64,000 nucleotides of DNA, taken from positions 16,975 to 80,974 of the forward strand of contig CAYNLY010000001.1 of assembly GCA_964398225.1 (NCBI GenBank), written 5' to 3'. A program made the position numbers and the translations under genes. This DNA comes from an uncultured Zetaproteobacteria bacterium (lineage in GTDB: Bacteria; Pseudomonadota; Zetaproteobacteria; Mariprofundales; Mariprofundaceae). Positions 47,224 to 54,682 of the stretch are shown here, one piece after another (the first letter of the stretch is position 1; each line of letters begins with the position of its first letter). A model generated the notes under the pieces. The model was not told where the DNA came from. It saw only the letters and a list, made by a program, of their open reading frames with translations, and made no database searches.

Positions 47224-48381
47224 ATGAAGCAGAGCAAGGAACGGGGATTTTCGATGATCGGCATCGTCATCGCGCTGGCGGTGATCGGGATGCTTCTGGC
47301 CGCGGTGATGCCGAAAACCCTGAAAAGCCGTTTTCTTGACATCCAGCTCGAAGAGGTGGCGCGTCTGGGCGCATTGCACGAGGCGCTGACCAGCTACGTG
47401 ATCGCCAATCACCTTGTGCCCGGTTCGGCCACATGGGCCCAGGCGATCAGCCAGTATGCCAATGAATCGCCGCAGCAGATCGTCGTCTCCGGGATGAATC
47501 AGCAGGTGATCTATCTGTATCCGGACGACTTCATCGCCGCCGGCAACACGCTGCCCTACGATCAGAAGGCCAATGCGCAGGCGGGCAACTTTCTGACCGC
47601 GGCCCCCGTGGATCCGCGCATCATGATCGTCTCCAACCTTGGGCAGACGGCGCTGGCCACGACTTCGGGCGCGATGCCGGCGGCCACGTTCGACGCGGTC
47701 TGGAACCAGACCGGAACCTTTCCCGCCGAGCTCACCGAGGGCGATACGCTGAAGATCGAACGGGTGAATCTCAGCGGCCTGTTCGAGCCGGTGACGCTGA
47801 ACAACAACGATCCGGCAACGAGCGCAAGCTTTGCCGTGGACGGCCAGCCCAATCCGCCGGCCACGCTGGCCGCGGCCTCGAGCATGACGCTGCACCTGAT
47901 CCGTTCCACCCGTCTCGATCTGTACGACGGCGCCGGCGCGATCTACTACCGGCACACGGTCACCGGACCCGATTCGTTCGTGTTCAGCGGCGGTGTCTGG
48001 GGCGGCACGCTGGGCGGCGCCGGCGGTGGCGGCACCGGCGGGGGTGGCGGCACCGGCGGTTCCGGAGTGGGCCCGATCTTCGACCAGACCCAGGGCGGCA
48101 GGCTCGTCAACTGGAATCCCGATCCGGCCTGCAGTCCGACCGGAACGACCTACAACCTGACGGTCCAGAACAACACGGCCAAGGACACCTACTGGGTTTA
48201 TGCCGGTGTGGGCGGTGTGCCCACCACGCTGGGCAAGGTGAAGAACGGCAAGACCGGCACTTTCCCGGTGGCCGAATGCGAGCTCTACCTCGTCGTACCC
48301 GAGGTGAAGCAGAACGGTTCCCAGCCCGTCGTCTACGCCGGCTACATGCCGCACAACAATCTGACCGTGACGGCCCCCTGA
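47224..48381 (+). CDS. large minor pilin-like protein (prepilin-type N-terminus lacking Glu5, poly-Gly linker, C-terminal Cys-pair domain)
   Basis: The leader MKQSKERG is followed by FSMIGIVIALAVIGMLLAAV, with Gly at +5 rather than Glu. The linker is GGTLGGAGGGGTGGGGGTGGSGVG. The C-terminal module (about 105 aa) has two Cys residues (ACSPTG...VAECELY). Confidence 0.7.
   Translation: MKQSKERGFSMIGIVIALAVIGMLLAAVMPKTLKSRFLDIQLEEVARLGALHEALTSYVIANHLVPGSATWAQAISQYANESPQQIVVSGMNQQVIYLYPDDFIAAGNTLPYDQKANAQAGNFLTAAPVDPRIMIVSNLGQTALATTSGAMPAATFDAVWNQTGTFPAELTEGDTLKIERVNLSGLFEPVTLNNNDPATSASFAVDGQPNPPATLAAASSMTLHLIRSTRLDLYDGAGAIYYRHTVTGPDSFVFSGGVWGGTLGGAGGGGTGGGGGTGGSGVGPIFDQTQGGRLVNWNPDPACSPTGTTYNLTVQNNTAKDTYWVYAGVGGVPTTLGKVKNGKTGTFPVAECELYLVVPEVKQNGSQPVVYAGYMPHNNLTVTAP
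48025..48060 (+). repeat. 18-bp tandem duplication inside the Gly-linker coding region
   Basis: GGTGGCGGCACCGGCGGG (48025-42) is followed directly by GGTGGCGGCACCGGCGGT (48043-60), 17/18 identical. Each copy encodes GGGTGG. Confidence 0.85.
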
Positions 48382-49706
48382 TGGACCGGCTGCACCTGCT
48401 CTGGATCAACGACCAGGTCACGCTGTTCACCGACAGCGGGGAAGTCCGCACGGACTCGGGCTGGTCGGAGCCGGATGCGGAGCGCCTGGGCCTTGCCATC
48501 CGGCAACTGGGCTTTAAGGGCAAAAGCGCCGTCGTCGTATACGAGGGCGAATACATCTCCCATCACGAGCTCGAAGTGCCTCCGCTCGACGATGCGATGA
48601 CGCTTGCGCTGATCCAGAGGCGCATGCCCACGGAGCTTCAGGGCGCGGATCCTGCCGGCAGGGTGGGATTCATGCGCGCGGCCGACAATCGGCGCGTGCT
48701 GATCGAGGTGCTGGATTCCCGTTTCTACGATGCGCTCGTCGAGGCGTTCCGCGTCAACGGCATGACGCTGGATCTGGTATGCGGTCTGACACCCGTGCTG
48801 GCCCGAATGGCGGCGGGATCGGGACACGATTCGCCGATGCTGGTCGAGTTCGCCGACCGTGATGCGGGCATGAACTTCATGCTTTACTACCATGCCGAAA
48901 AGCGCAGGCCCGCGCTGTTCCGTGTCGCCCCTCTGGCCTGGGATCCGGAGCACCTCGAGCAGGACATGCGGCGCAGCATCCAGCTTGGACGGCAGCTGTT
49001 TGCGGGGCGGGAGCCGGAGGTGTTTCTCGTCGGCGATCCGGAGTTTGTCACCGAAGGCGTCACCCATCTGGGCGAAGCGGAGGCGCTGCTGGATGCGGTG
49101 GCCAGACTTCCGGTGCAGAGCACGGCCAACCTGGTGCCGCCCGAGGATCGGGGCATGGCGAAGCAGCGCCTGCGCATGTATCTGGCGCTGGCCCTGCTGG
49201 TGCCGTTCGTGCTCGGCAGTCTGGCGGTGCATATCGTGCTCGACCACAAGATCGGCGAATACCGCGCGGCGCTGTCCGACATCCGCGAACTGATGCACGA
49301 GCGCGAACGCTATCTGGAGCGCATCGGCGATTACGAACGGCGCAACCGCTTCATCCGGGATGCCGGGCGGACCGACATCCTGCCGGCTGTCGTTCTGGCC
49401 AATGTCGGCAACGATCTTCCCTGGGATTTCACGCTGCGCCGTTTCGAGTGCGGGCGAGCGGGCCCGGTCGGGCGGATGGACGGCGAGGTTTCCTTCCGGC
49501 TCGGTGGCGAGGTCGATACCGACCCCGTGCATGCACCCGAGCTGCTGCGCCGGCTCGAGGCCAGATTCGGGCAGCCGCCCTACAACGGCCGCGTGATCCA
49601 TTCCTGGCGCGAATACTGGCTGAAGGCCATCCAGACATGGTCCAACGCGCGCAATGGGGGCGGGGCGGGTATTCCCTTCGAGATCGAGGTGGCCCTCCAT
49701 GAATAG
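48381..49706 (+). CDS. bitopic assembly protein, PilM-PilN fusion-like (MshI/GspL-like architecture)
   Basis: ATG 48381 overlaps the previous stop (TGATG). The protein has a cytoplasmic N-domain of about 270 aa, a single TM segment (MYLALALLVPFVLGSLAVHIVL), a coiled-coil and a periplasmic domain of about 120 aa. The call rests on architecture and gene position, not on a diagnostic motif. Confidence 0.55.
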   Translation: MDRLHLLWINDQVTLFTDSGEVRTDSGWSEPDAERLGLAIRQLGFKGKSAVVVYEGEYISHHELEVPPLDDAMTLALIQRRMPTELQGADPAGRVGFMRAADNRRVLIEVLDSRFYDALVEAFRVNGMTLDLVCGLTPVLARMAAGSGHDSPMLVEFADRDAGMNFMLYYHAEKRRPALFRVAPLAWDPEHLEQDMRRSIQLGRQLFAGREPEVFLVGDPEFVTEGVTHLGEAEALLDAVARLPVQSTANLVPPEDRGMAKQRLRMYLALALLVPFVLGSLAVHIVLDHKIGEYRAALSDIRELMHERERYLERIGDYERRNRFIRDAGRTDILPAVVLANVGNDLPWDFTLRRFECGRAGPVGRMDGEVSFRLGGEVDTDPVHAPELLRRLEARFGQPPYNGRVIHSWREYWLKAIQTWSNARNGGGAGIPFEIEVALHE

Positions 49707-50313
49707 GACGGCCCTGCAGCTGTTCGCCCGGCTCAAGCGCCGGCGCCGGCTGATCGGGCGCCTGCTCGTGGGCGGAACGCTCGTGCTGGCCGTGCTGCTT
49801 GCGCTGGACATCTACTTCCGCCTGATTCCCGAAACCCGCGCGATGACCCGCGCCATTCAGGACGGCAGCCAGACCGTGGCCGATCTGGACCTGATCAAGA
49901 GGCGGGCGATCGAGCTGGAACGGGCCTTCGACAGGCAGGCATTCGAGCGCGCGGAGCGCCGCGTGTTCGACGATGTGGATTCCGTATCCGCATTCATCAA
50001 TGCACTGACCGAGTCATTGAAGTCAGCGGGCTTCTTCGTCAATACGCATGTGGCGCCGCTTCGGGACGAATCCTTCGATGGCGAGCAGCGATACGGGCGT
50101 CCGATCCAGCTGATCGCGCTCGATCTGACGATTCGCAATCCGAGGGTGCGGCCCGACACGCACGAACGGCTTCTCGAAGTGCTGCGCCGGATTCCGGACC
50201 TCGGGCGCAAGGCGGATCTGGTTTCCCTGCGCATCGAGGGCAGCGGCGCGGACCTTGCTTCGGCGTCGATGCGATTCCTTCTCTGGAGCAGTTTCCGGTA
50301 TGAACCGAGATAG
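49699..50313 (+). CDS. bitopic assembly protein, PilO/MshJ/GspM-like
   Basis: The ATG overlaps the upstream gene by 8 nt. The protein has a short basic N-terminus, one TM segment (LLVGGTLVLAVLLALDIYF), a coiled-coil and a periplasmic domain. The call is by architecture and position. Confidence 0.5.
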   Translation: MNRTALQLFARLKRRRRLIGRLLVGGTLVLAVLLALDIYFRLIPETRAMTRAIQDGSQTVADLDLIKRRAIELERAFDRQAFERAERRVFDDVDSVSAFINALTESLKSAGFFVNTHVAPLRDESFDGEQRYGRPIQLIALDLTIRNPRVRPDTHERLLEVLRRIPDLGRKADLVSLRIEGSGADLASASMRFLLWSSFRYEPR

Positions 50314-50752
50314 GCTGAAGCAGGCGCTGGCGGGGGTTCTCGTGATCGCACTGATTGCGGTTCTTGCGGTGCGTTTTTCCGGGTCCGCACCCAAGCGCGC
50401 CGTGCCACAAGCTTCGATTGCCGGCGGGAGCGCCCCTGCCGCGGCCGGCCCCACCGGCAAGGCCGGGGCGGTCGGCCACCGGCACGCCCTGCACATGCCA
50501 GAGCAGTTGCTGCGCAATCCGTTCGCCCCTCGATCGGGAAGCGGCAGGGCCGTTGCGGTTCCCGACTTCCGGCGGCTGCATCTGGACATGGTGGCGGTGG
50601 GGCCCAACCGGAAACAGACCTTCGCCCGCATCAACGGCCGCATCGTCCATGTGGGCGGCGAAGTCGGAGGCTATCGGGTGCTTGCGATCCGCAGCCGCGG
50701 CGTCTGGGTGCAGCGCGCCGGCGAAAAGAAACGTTTCATTCCAATCTTCTGA
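50300..50752 (+). CDS. PilP/MshK/GspC-HR-like secretin-interacting protein
   Basis: The ATG overlaps the upstream gene by 14 nt. The protein has an N-terminal TM segment, an Ala/Pro/Gly linker and a C-terminal beta domain (ARINGRIVHVGGEVGGYRVLAIRSRGVWVQRAG) that resembles the GspC HR / PilP fold motif. Confidence 0.55.
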   Translation: MNRDRLKQALAGVLVIALIAVLAVRFSGSAPKRAVPQASIAGGSAPAAAGPTGKAGAVGHRHALHMPEQLLRNPFAPRSGSGRAVAVPDFRRLHLDMVAVGPNRKQTFARINGRIVHVGGEVGGYRVLAIRSRGVWVQRAGEKKRFIPIF

Positions 50753-50766
50753 ATCAGGGGAGTGCC

Positions 50767-52344
50767 ATGAACATCCGAATCCTTCACCTGAGCATCGCCA
50801 TTCTGGCCCTGGGGCTGATGGCCGGATGCGCAAAGAAACCGCCGAGCCCCAAAGCGGGTCCGACCGATCTCAAGCTGAGCACGCATCTGGACGAGGCAAT
50901 GGAGAAGCTCAAGCAGGACTCCGCGAAGGCGCTGCTGGCGATGGCCGACGTCCGGCGTCAGCACGAGATGGAGATGCGTTCCCGGAAAACCCGCGTGGAG
51001 ATCGACGACGACCGGCTTTATTCGCTTTCGGTCCGCCGGATGCGGATCAAGACGGCGCTGGCGACCTTCGCCCGCAAGTACGGTCTGAACATCGTGCCGG
51101 ACCCGGACGTGACCGGAAGGGTGACGGTGTCCTTCTCGAATCTCACGCTCTCGCAGGCGATGAACGCACTCCTGGACGCTCAGGGCTACTATTTCGAGAA
51201 ACAGGGCGACATCATCCGCGTCCGCAACCTCGAAAGCCGGATCTTCGAGATCAACTATCCCCGGTTCGTGCGCAGCGGCGAGGGCAACGTCGAAACGAGC
51301 ATGACCTCGTCCTCGACAACCGGCGCCGGCGCAACGGGAGCGGGCGGCGGCGCGACCGCTTCGCAGGCTGCCGGCACAGGTTCCGCCGGTACCGGCGGCG
51401 GGGGGATGTCCTCCTCGAGCGTTTCGATCCGGAGCAGCGACACGATCGACTTCTGGGGCGAGCTTGAATCGAACCTGAAGGCGCTGCTTGCGGGCGACGA
51501 CGAGCGCAGCCATTACACGATCAACCGCCTGTCCGGCATCGTCAGCGTCACCGCGCGTCACAGGACGATGGAGCGCATCGCCCGATATCTGGACTGGGTG
51601 AACGATTCCGTGCACCGGCAGGTCGTGATCACGGCGCAGATCATCGAGGTCAGCCGCAACGACACCGACAAGTTCGCGGTGGACTGGGAACGGGTCACGA
51701 ACCGCCTGTCGCTGACCTCGGCCGTGGCTTCGGTGACGCCCTTTGGCGTCGTGACCGGCGCGCCCGCCTCGCCGACGCTGCTCGGTCAGTATCAGAACAA
51801 CAACCGGACCTTCAAGAACATCATCGAGGCGCTCAAGGAGCAGGGCGACCTGCGCATCGTCTCCAAGCCCCAGGTGCGCACGATCAACAACCAGCCCGCG
51901 ATCATCAAGGTCGGCACCGACCGGACCTTTTTCCGTGTCGAGAGCGTGACGGACACGACGACGGCGGGCTCGACGACGACGACCAACGACATCCCCCAGA
52001 CGATCACCGTCGGCCTGGTCATGAGCATCACGCCGCAGATTTCCGCCGACGGAAAGGTGACGCTGGACATTTCCCCGGTCATCACCGCACTCAGCGGCGA
52101 GGAGGTGTCCGCGAACGGATCCAAGGCGCCGATCCTGGACATCAAGCAGGTCTCGTCGGTGGTCTCGGTCCGCTCCGGTCAGCCGGTCATCATCGGGGGG
52201 CTGATCAAGCACGAAAACTCCCGCGCGGACCGGAAGGTTCCGCTGCTCGGCGATATCCCGCTGATCGGGGGCCTGTTCCGCGGCACGCACCGGATCAAGC
52301 AGTCCAGCGAGCTGGTGATCTTCATTACGCCGTACGTGATCTGA
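50767..52344 (+). CDS. secretin (GspD/PilQ superfamily), lipoprotein, MshL-like
   Basis: Lipobox LGLMAG-C (signal peptide MNIRILHLSIAILALGLMAGC), an N-domain, and the canonical C-terminal secretin block (VPLLGDIPLIGGLFR...ELVIFITPYVI). A Thr/Gly/Ala/Ser-rich insert (SSSTTGAGATGAGGGATASQAAGTGSAGTGGGGMSSSS) is also present. Confidence 0.9.
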   Translation: MNIRILHLSIAILALGLMAGCAKKPPSPKAGPTDLKLSTHLDEAMEKLKQDSAKALLAMADVRRQHEMEMRSRKTRVEIDDDRLYSLSVRRMRIKTALATFARKYGLNIVPDPDVTGRVTVSFSNLTLSQAMNALLDAQGYYFEKQGDIIRVRNLESRIFEINYPRFVRSGEGNVETSMTSSSTTGAGATGAGGGATASQAAGTGSAGTGGGGMSSSSVSIRSSDTIDFWGELESNLKALLAGDDERSHYTINRLSGIVSVTARHRTMERIARYLDWVNDSVHRQVVITAQIIEVSRNDTDKFAVDWERVTNRLSLTSAVASVTPFGVVTGAPASPTLLGQYQNNNRTFKNIIEALKEQGDLRIVSKPQVRTINNQPAIIKVGTDRTFFRVESVTDTTTAGSTTTTNDIPQTITVGLVMSITPQISADGKVTLDISPVITALSGEEVSANGSKAPILDIKQVSSVVSVRSGQPVIIGGLIKHENSRADRKVPLLGDIPLIGGLFRGTHRIKQSSELVIFITPYVI

Positions 52345-52349
52345 TCCGC

Positions 52350-52374
52350 AAGCCGGATCGGGATCAGCCGGCTT
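52350..52374. terminator. possible weak hairpin between convergent secretin and crp-family genes
   Basis: AAGCCGG (52350-56) pairs with CCGGCTT (52368-74) across an 11-nt loop. It overlaps the 3' end of the minus-strand gene and has no clear U-tract. Confidence 0.25.
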
Positions 52375-53032
52375 CTTCCAGGAAGGCCTGCGCGCGTTCG
52401 CGGTTGATCGTGTGGGTCCGGTCCTCGTTGGCGCGGACGACGCCGAGCGTGGCCAGCTGGCGCATGGCGCGAGTCACGGTTTCCCGCTGGCAGCTCAGCA
52501 TGTGGGCAAGTTCCGAATGGCTGGGCAGGCGCAGCGTCAGCGCGCGTTCCGCGTCCTTCCACTCGGGCAGGCTGAGCAGGTAGCGGCAGAGCTTGGCTGC
52601 GATCGTCGGCTGGCTCAGCCGGCAGACGACCTCGTGCGAGCGCAGGTAGCGGTCCAGAAACAGCGCCGTGATCCGGCGATGGAAACCGGGATCCCGCATG
52701 CGCTCATGGAAGCGTTCGGGCGCAATCCGGAGCAGGCGCGAAGGCGTGCGCGCGAGGATGCTGGCCGTTCGGGAAGGCCGGCCGAAGGCGCCGATTTCAC
52801 CGACCAGATCGCCCGGCCCGAGCTCGTAGAGCAGGGTTTCGTGGCCGCCGGGCGTGACCAGGCGGACGTCGAGTTTTCCTTCCAGCACGAGGTAGCAGGT
52901 GCCCGCGTGTTCCTCGCCCTCAAAAAGAACGAAGCGCCCCTTCGGCACCTCGATCTCGGGGCAGCCGGGAAAATCCTCGGCGGAGAACTTCGGCTCCGGC
53001 AGGGAGGAACGGGAGGAGGTCGCATTGGCCAT
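52364..53032 (-). CDS. Crp/Fnr family transcriptional regulator (cNMP-binding domain + HTH)
   Basis: Beta-roll cNMP domain (FEGEEHAGTCYLVLEGKL...GPGDLVGEIGAFG...RTASILA) and C-terminal HTH (SHSELAHMLSCQRETVTRAMRQL). The Fnr-type N-terminal Cys cluster is absent. Confidence 0.85.
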   Translation of the reverse strand: MANATSSRSSLPEPKFSAEDFPGCPEIEVPKGRFVLFEGEEHAGTCYLVLEGKLDVRLVTPGGHETLLYELGPGDLVGEIGAFGRPSRTASILARTPSRLLRIAPERFHERMRDPGFHRRITALFLDRYLRSHEVVCRLSQPTIAAKLCRYLLSLPEWKDAERALTLRLPSHSELAHMLSCQRETVTRAMRQLATLGVVRANEDRTHTINRERAQAFLEEAG

Positions 53033-53060
53033 GAGGCTATTCTAGCGGAACCATGCCGTA

Positions 53061-53993
53061 TCACGAAGGTCGCCGGCGCCAGAACGCGGCCAGCATTGGA
53101 CCCGAGAGGTTGTGCCAGAGGCTGAACAGCGCGCCGGCGAGTGCCGCTTCAGGAGAAAAATGCGCCACCGCCAGCGCCACCGCGAGCCCCGAGTTCTGCA
53201 TCCCGACCTCGATGGCCACGGTCCGGCTGCGCGTGACATCCAGCCCCGCGCGGCGCGCTCCGAAATACCCCGCGCCCAGCCCGGCGAGATTCAGCATGAC
53301 GACCGCCGCGGCCGTCCAGGGCGCGAGCGCGAGCAGCTGGCCGTGGTTGAGGCCCGCGATCACGCCGACGATCCAGGCGATCACGAGCACGGCCACAAGC
53401 GGCAACAGATGATCGCTCAGCCAGGAAGGAATGCGCACCATCCGGCGGATCAGTGCGCCCGCCAGCACCGGAAGCAGGACGATCTTGGCCACCGAAAGCA
53501 TCAATGCGCCGGCATCCACCGGCAGTCGGCTTCCCGCCAGCAGCCAGACCCACAGCGGGGTCATGATCGGCGCGGCCAGGGTCGAGGCCGTGGTCATCGC
53601 CACCGAAAGCGCCACGTCCCCGCGGGCAAGCCAGGTCACGACGTTCGAGGCGGTGCCCCCCGGGCAGGCGCCGACCAGAATCACGCCCAGCGCGATCTCG
53701 GGCGGCAGATCGAGGGCTAGCGTCAACAGCCATGCGGCAAGCGGCATGACAAGAAACTGCAGGCAGAAGCCGACCACCACCGGCCGGCCCGCATCCTTGA
53801 GTCCGCGCCACTGGCGCTCCTCGATGCCCAGCCCCATGGCCAGCATCACCGCGGCGAGGAGCCACGGGATCCAGGGCTTTCCGGCCGATGCCGTATCCGG
53901 AAAGGCCAGACCCCAGACCGCTCCGAGCGCGACCCAGAGAGCCAGCGGCCGGGAAAGAAGCGCAAGCAGCCGGCGCGCCGATTCAGCCGCCAA
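53061..53993 (-). CDS. bile acid:sodium symporter (BASS) family transporter
   Basis: Polytopic 310-aa protein with BASS blocks (LAAVMLAMGLGI, GVILVGACPGGTASNVVTWLARGDVALSV, GMQNSGLAVALA). Confidence 0.82.
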   Translation of the reverse strand: MAAESARRLLALLSRPLALWVALGAVWGLAFPDTASAGKPWIPWLLAAVMLAMGLGIEERQWRGLKDAGRPVVVGFCLQFLVMPLAAWLLTLALDLPPEIALGVILVGACPGGTASNVVTWLARGDVALSVAMTTASTLAAPIMTPLWVWLLAGSRLPVDAGALMLSVAKIVLLPVLAGALIRRMVRIPSWLSDHLLPLVAVLVIAWIVGVIAGLNHGQLLALAPWTAAAVVMLNLAGLGAGYFGARRAGLDVTRSRTVAIEVGMQNSGLAVALAVAHFSPEAALAGALFSLWHNLSGPMLAAFWRRRPS

Positions 53994-54627
53994 CGGCGAC
54001 CCCCGCCTGATTTGCCAGTTGCGCCAGCTTGGCGGTCATGCGCCTCCGGCGCAGAAGGAAGTCCCACTGCCGGCCGCCAGCCTGATGCCAATGGTGTGCC
54101 GCCCGGATCCCGCTCAGCAGCAAGGCGCGGATCATCGCCTGGATTTCGCTTCGGGCCAGATGCTCGCGCCGGCCGCGAACGACGATACGCGGCGTGGTCC
54201 GGCTCAGGCTTTCGCCGTACAGCTGCGCGATCGCGGCAACCACGCTCGGATGCGCGGCCTCCCCGAAATATTCGCGCTGGCGTTCGATCCGGTTCATGCC
54301 CTCCGCCAGTTGCCCGCGCAGCGCCGCATCCCGCCGGATTTTCCGGGAAAGGCTCATCATCCCGCCGATACAGCCCATGATCCGCCGGAAGGAGGGCTGC
54401 TCCCGCCCTTCGAGCAGTGCGCGTGCGAGGTCCAGACCCCGGGCGAGATTGCGCGCATCGGGCAACGGATCACGGGAAAACAGGCTTTCCAGCAGTGGCG
54501 CGACATCGGCCGGATCCGCCCCGCCCGTGCGCGCAAGGCCGTCCACGCAGGAGGCGGCCTGGACCATCGCGGCCAGCGCAAGCATGCGCCGCTCGAAGCG
54601 GGTTGGAGATTTTGCTGTCTCGGACAT
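53983..54627 (-). CDS. hflD: high-frequency-of-lysogenization protein HflD homolog
   Basis: Start trimmed to ATG 54627. Collinear with E. coli HflD, including the LLSGIRAAHHWHQAGG block (E. coli has LLAGIRAAVLWHQVGG). Confidence 0.75.
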   Translation of the reverse strand: MSETAKSPTRFERRMLALAAMVQAASCVDGLARTGGADPADVAPLLESLFSRDPLPDARNLARGLDLARALLEGREQPSFRRIMGCIGGMMSLSRKIRRDAALRGQLAEGMNRIERQREYFGEAAHPSVVAAIAQLYGESLSRTTPRIVVRGRREHLARSEIQAMIRALLLSGIRAAHHWHQAGGRQWDFLLRRRRMTAKLAQLANQAGVAVGG

Positions 54628-54682
54628 GGCGGCATGCTGGTTTTCGGGGCAGCATCGCACAAGCCGAACCGTGGGGAGAGCG

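Noticed and set aside
47990-48070. GGC-rich repeated DNA, also at about 51300-51420, considered as a CRISPR or satellite array.
   Set aside because: The repeats lie in frame inside coding sequence and encode Gly/Thr linkers. There is no repeat-spacer periodicity and there are no cas genes.
45964-48354. 796-aa minus-strand ORF antisense to the platform and minor-pilin genes.
   Set aside because: The plus-strand products have clear GspF and prepilin features. The antisense product has artefact composition and no signal or motif.
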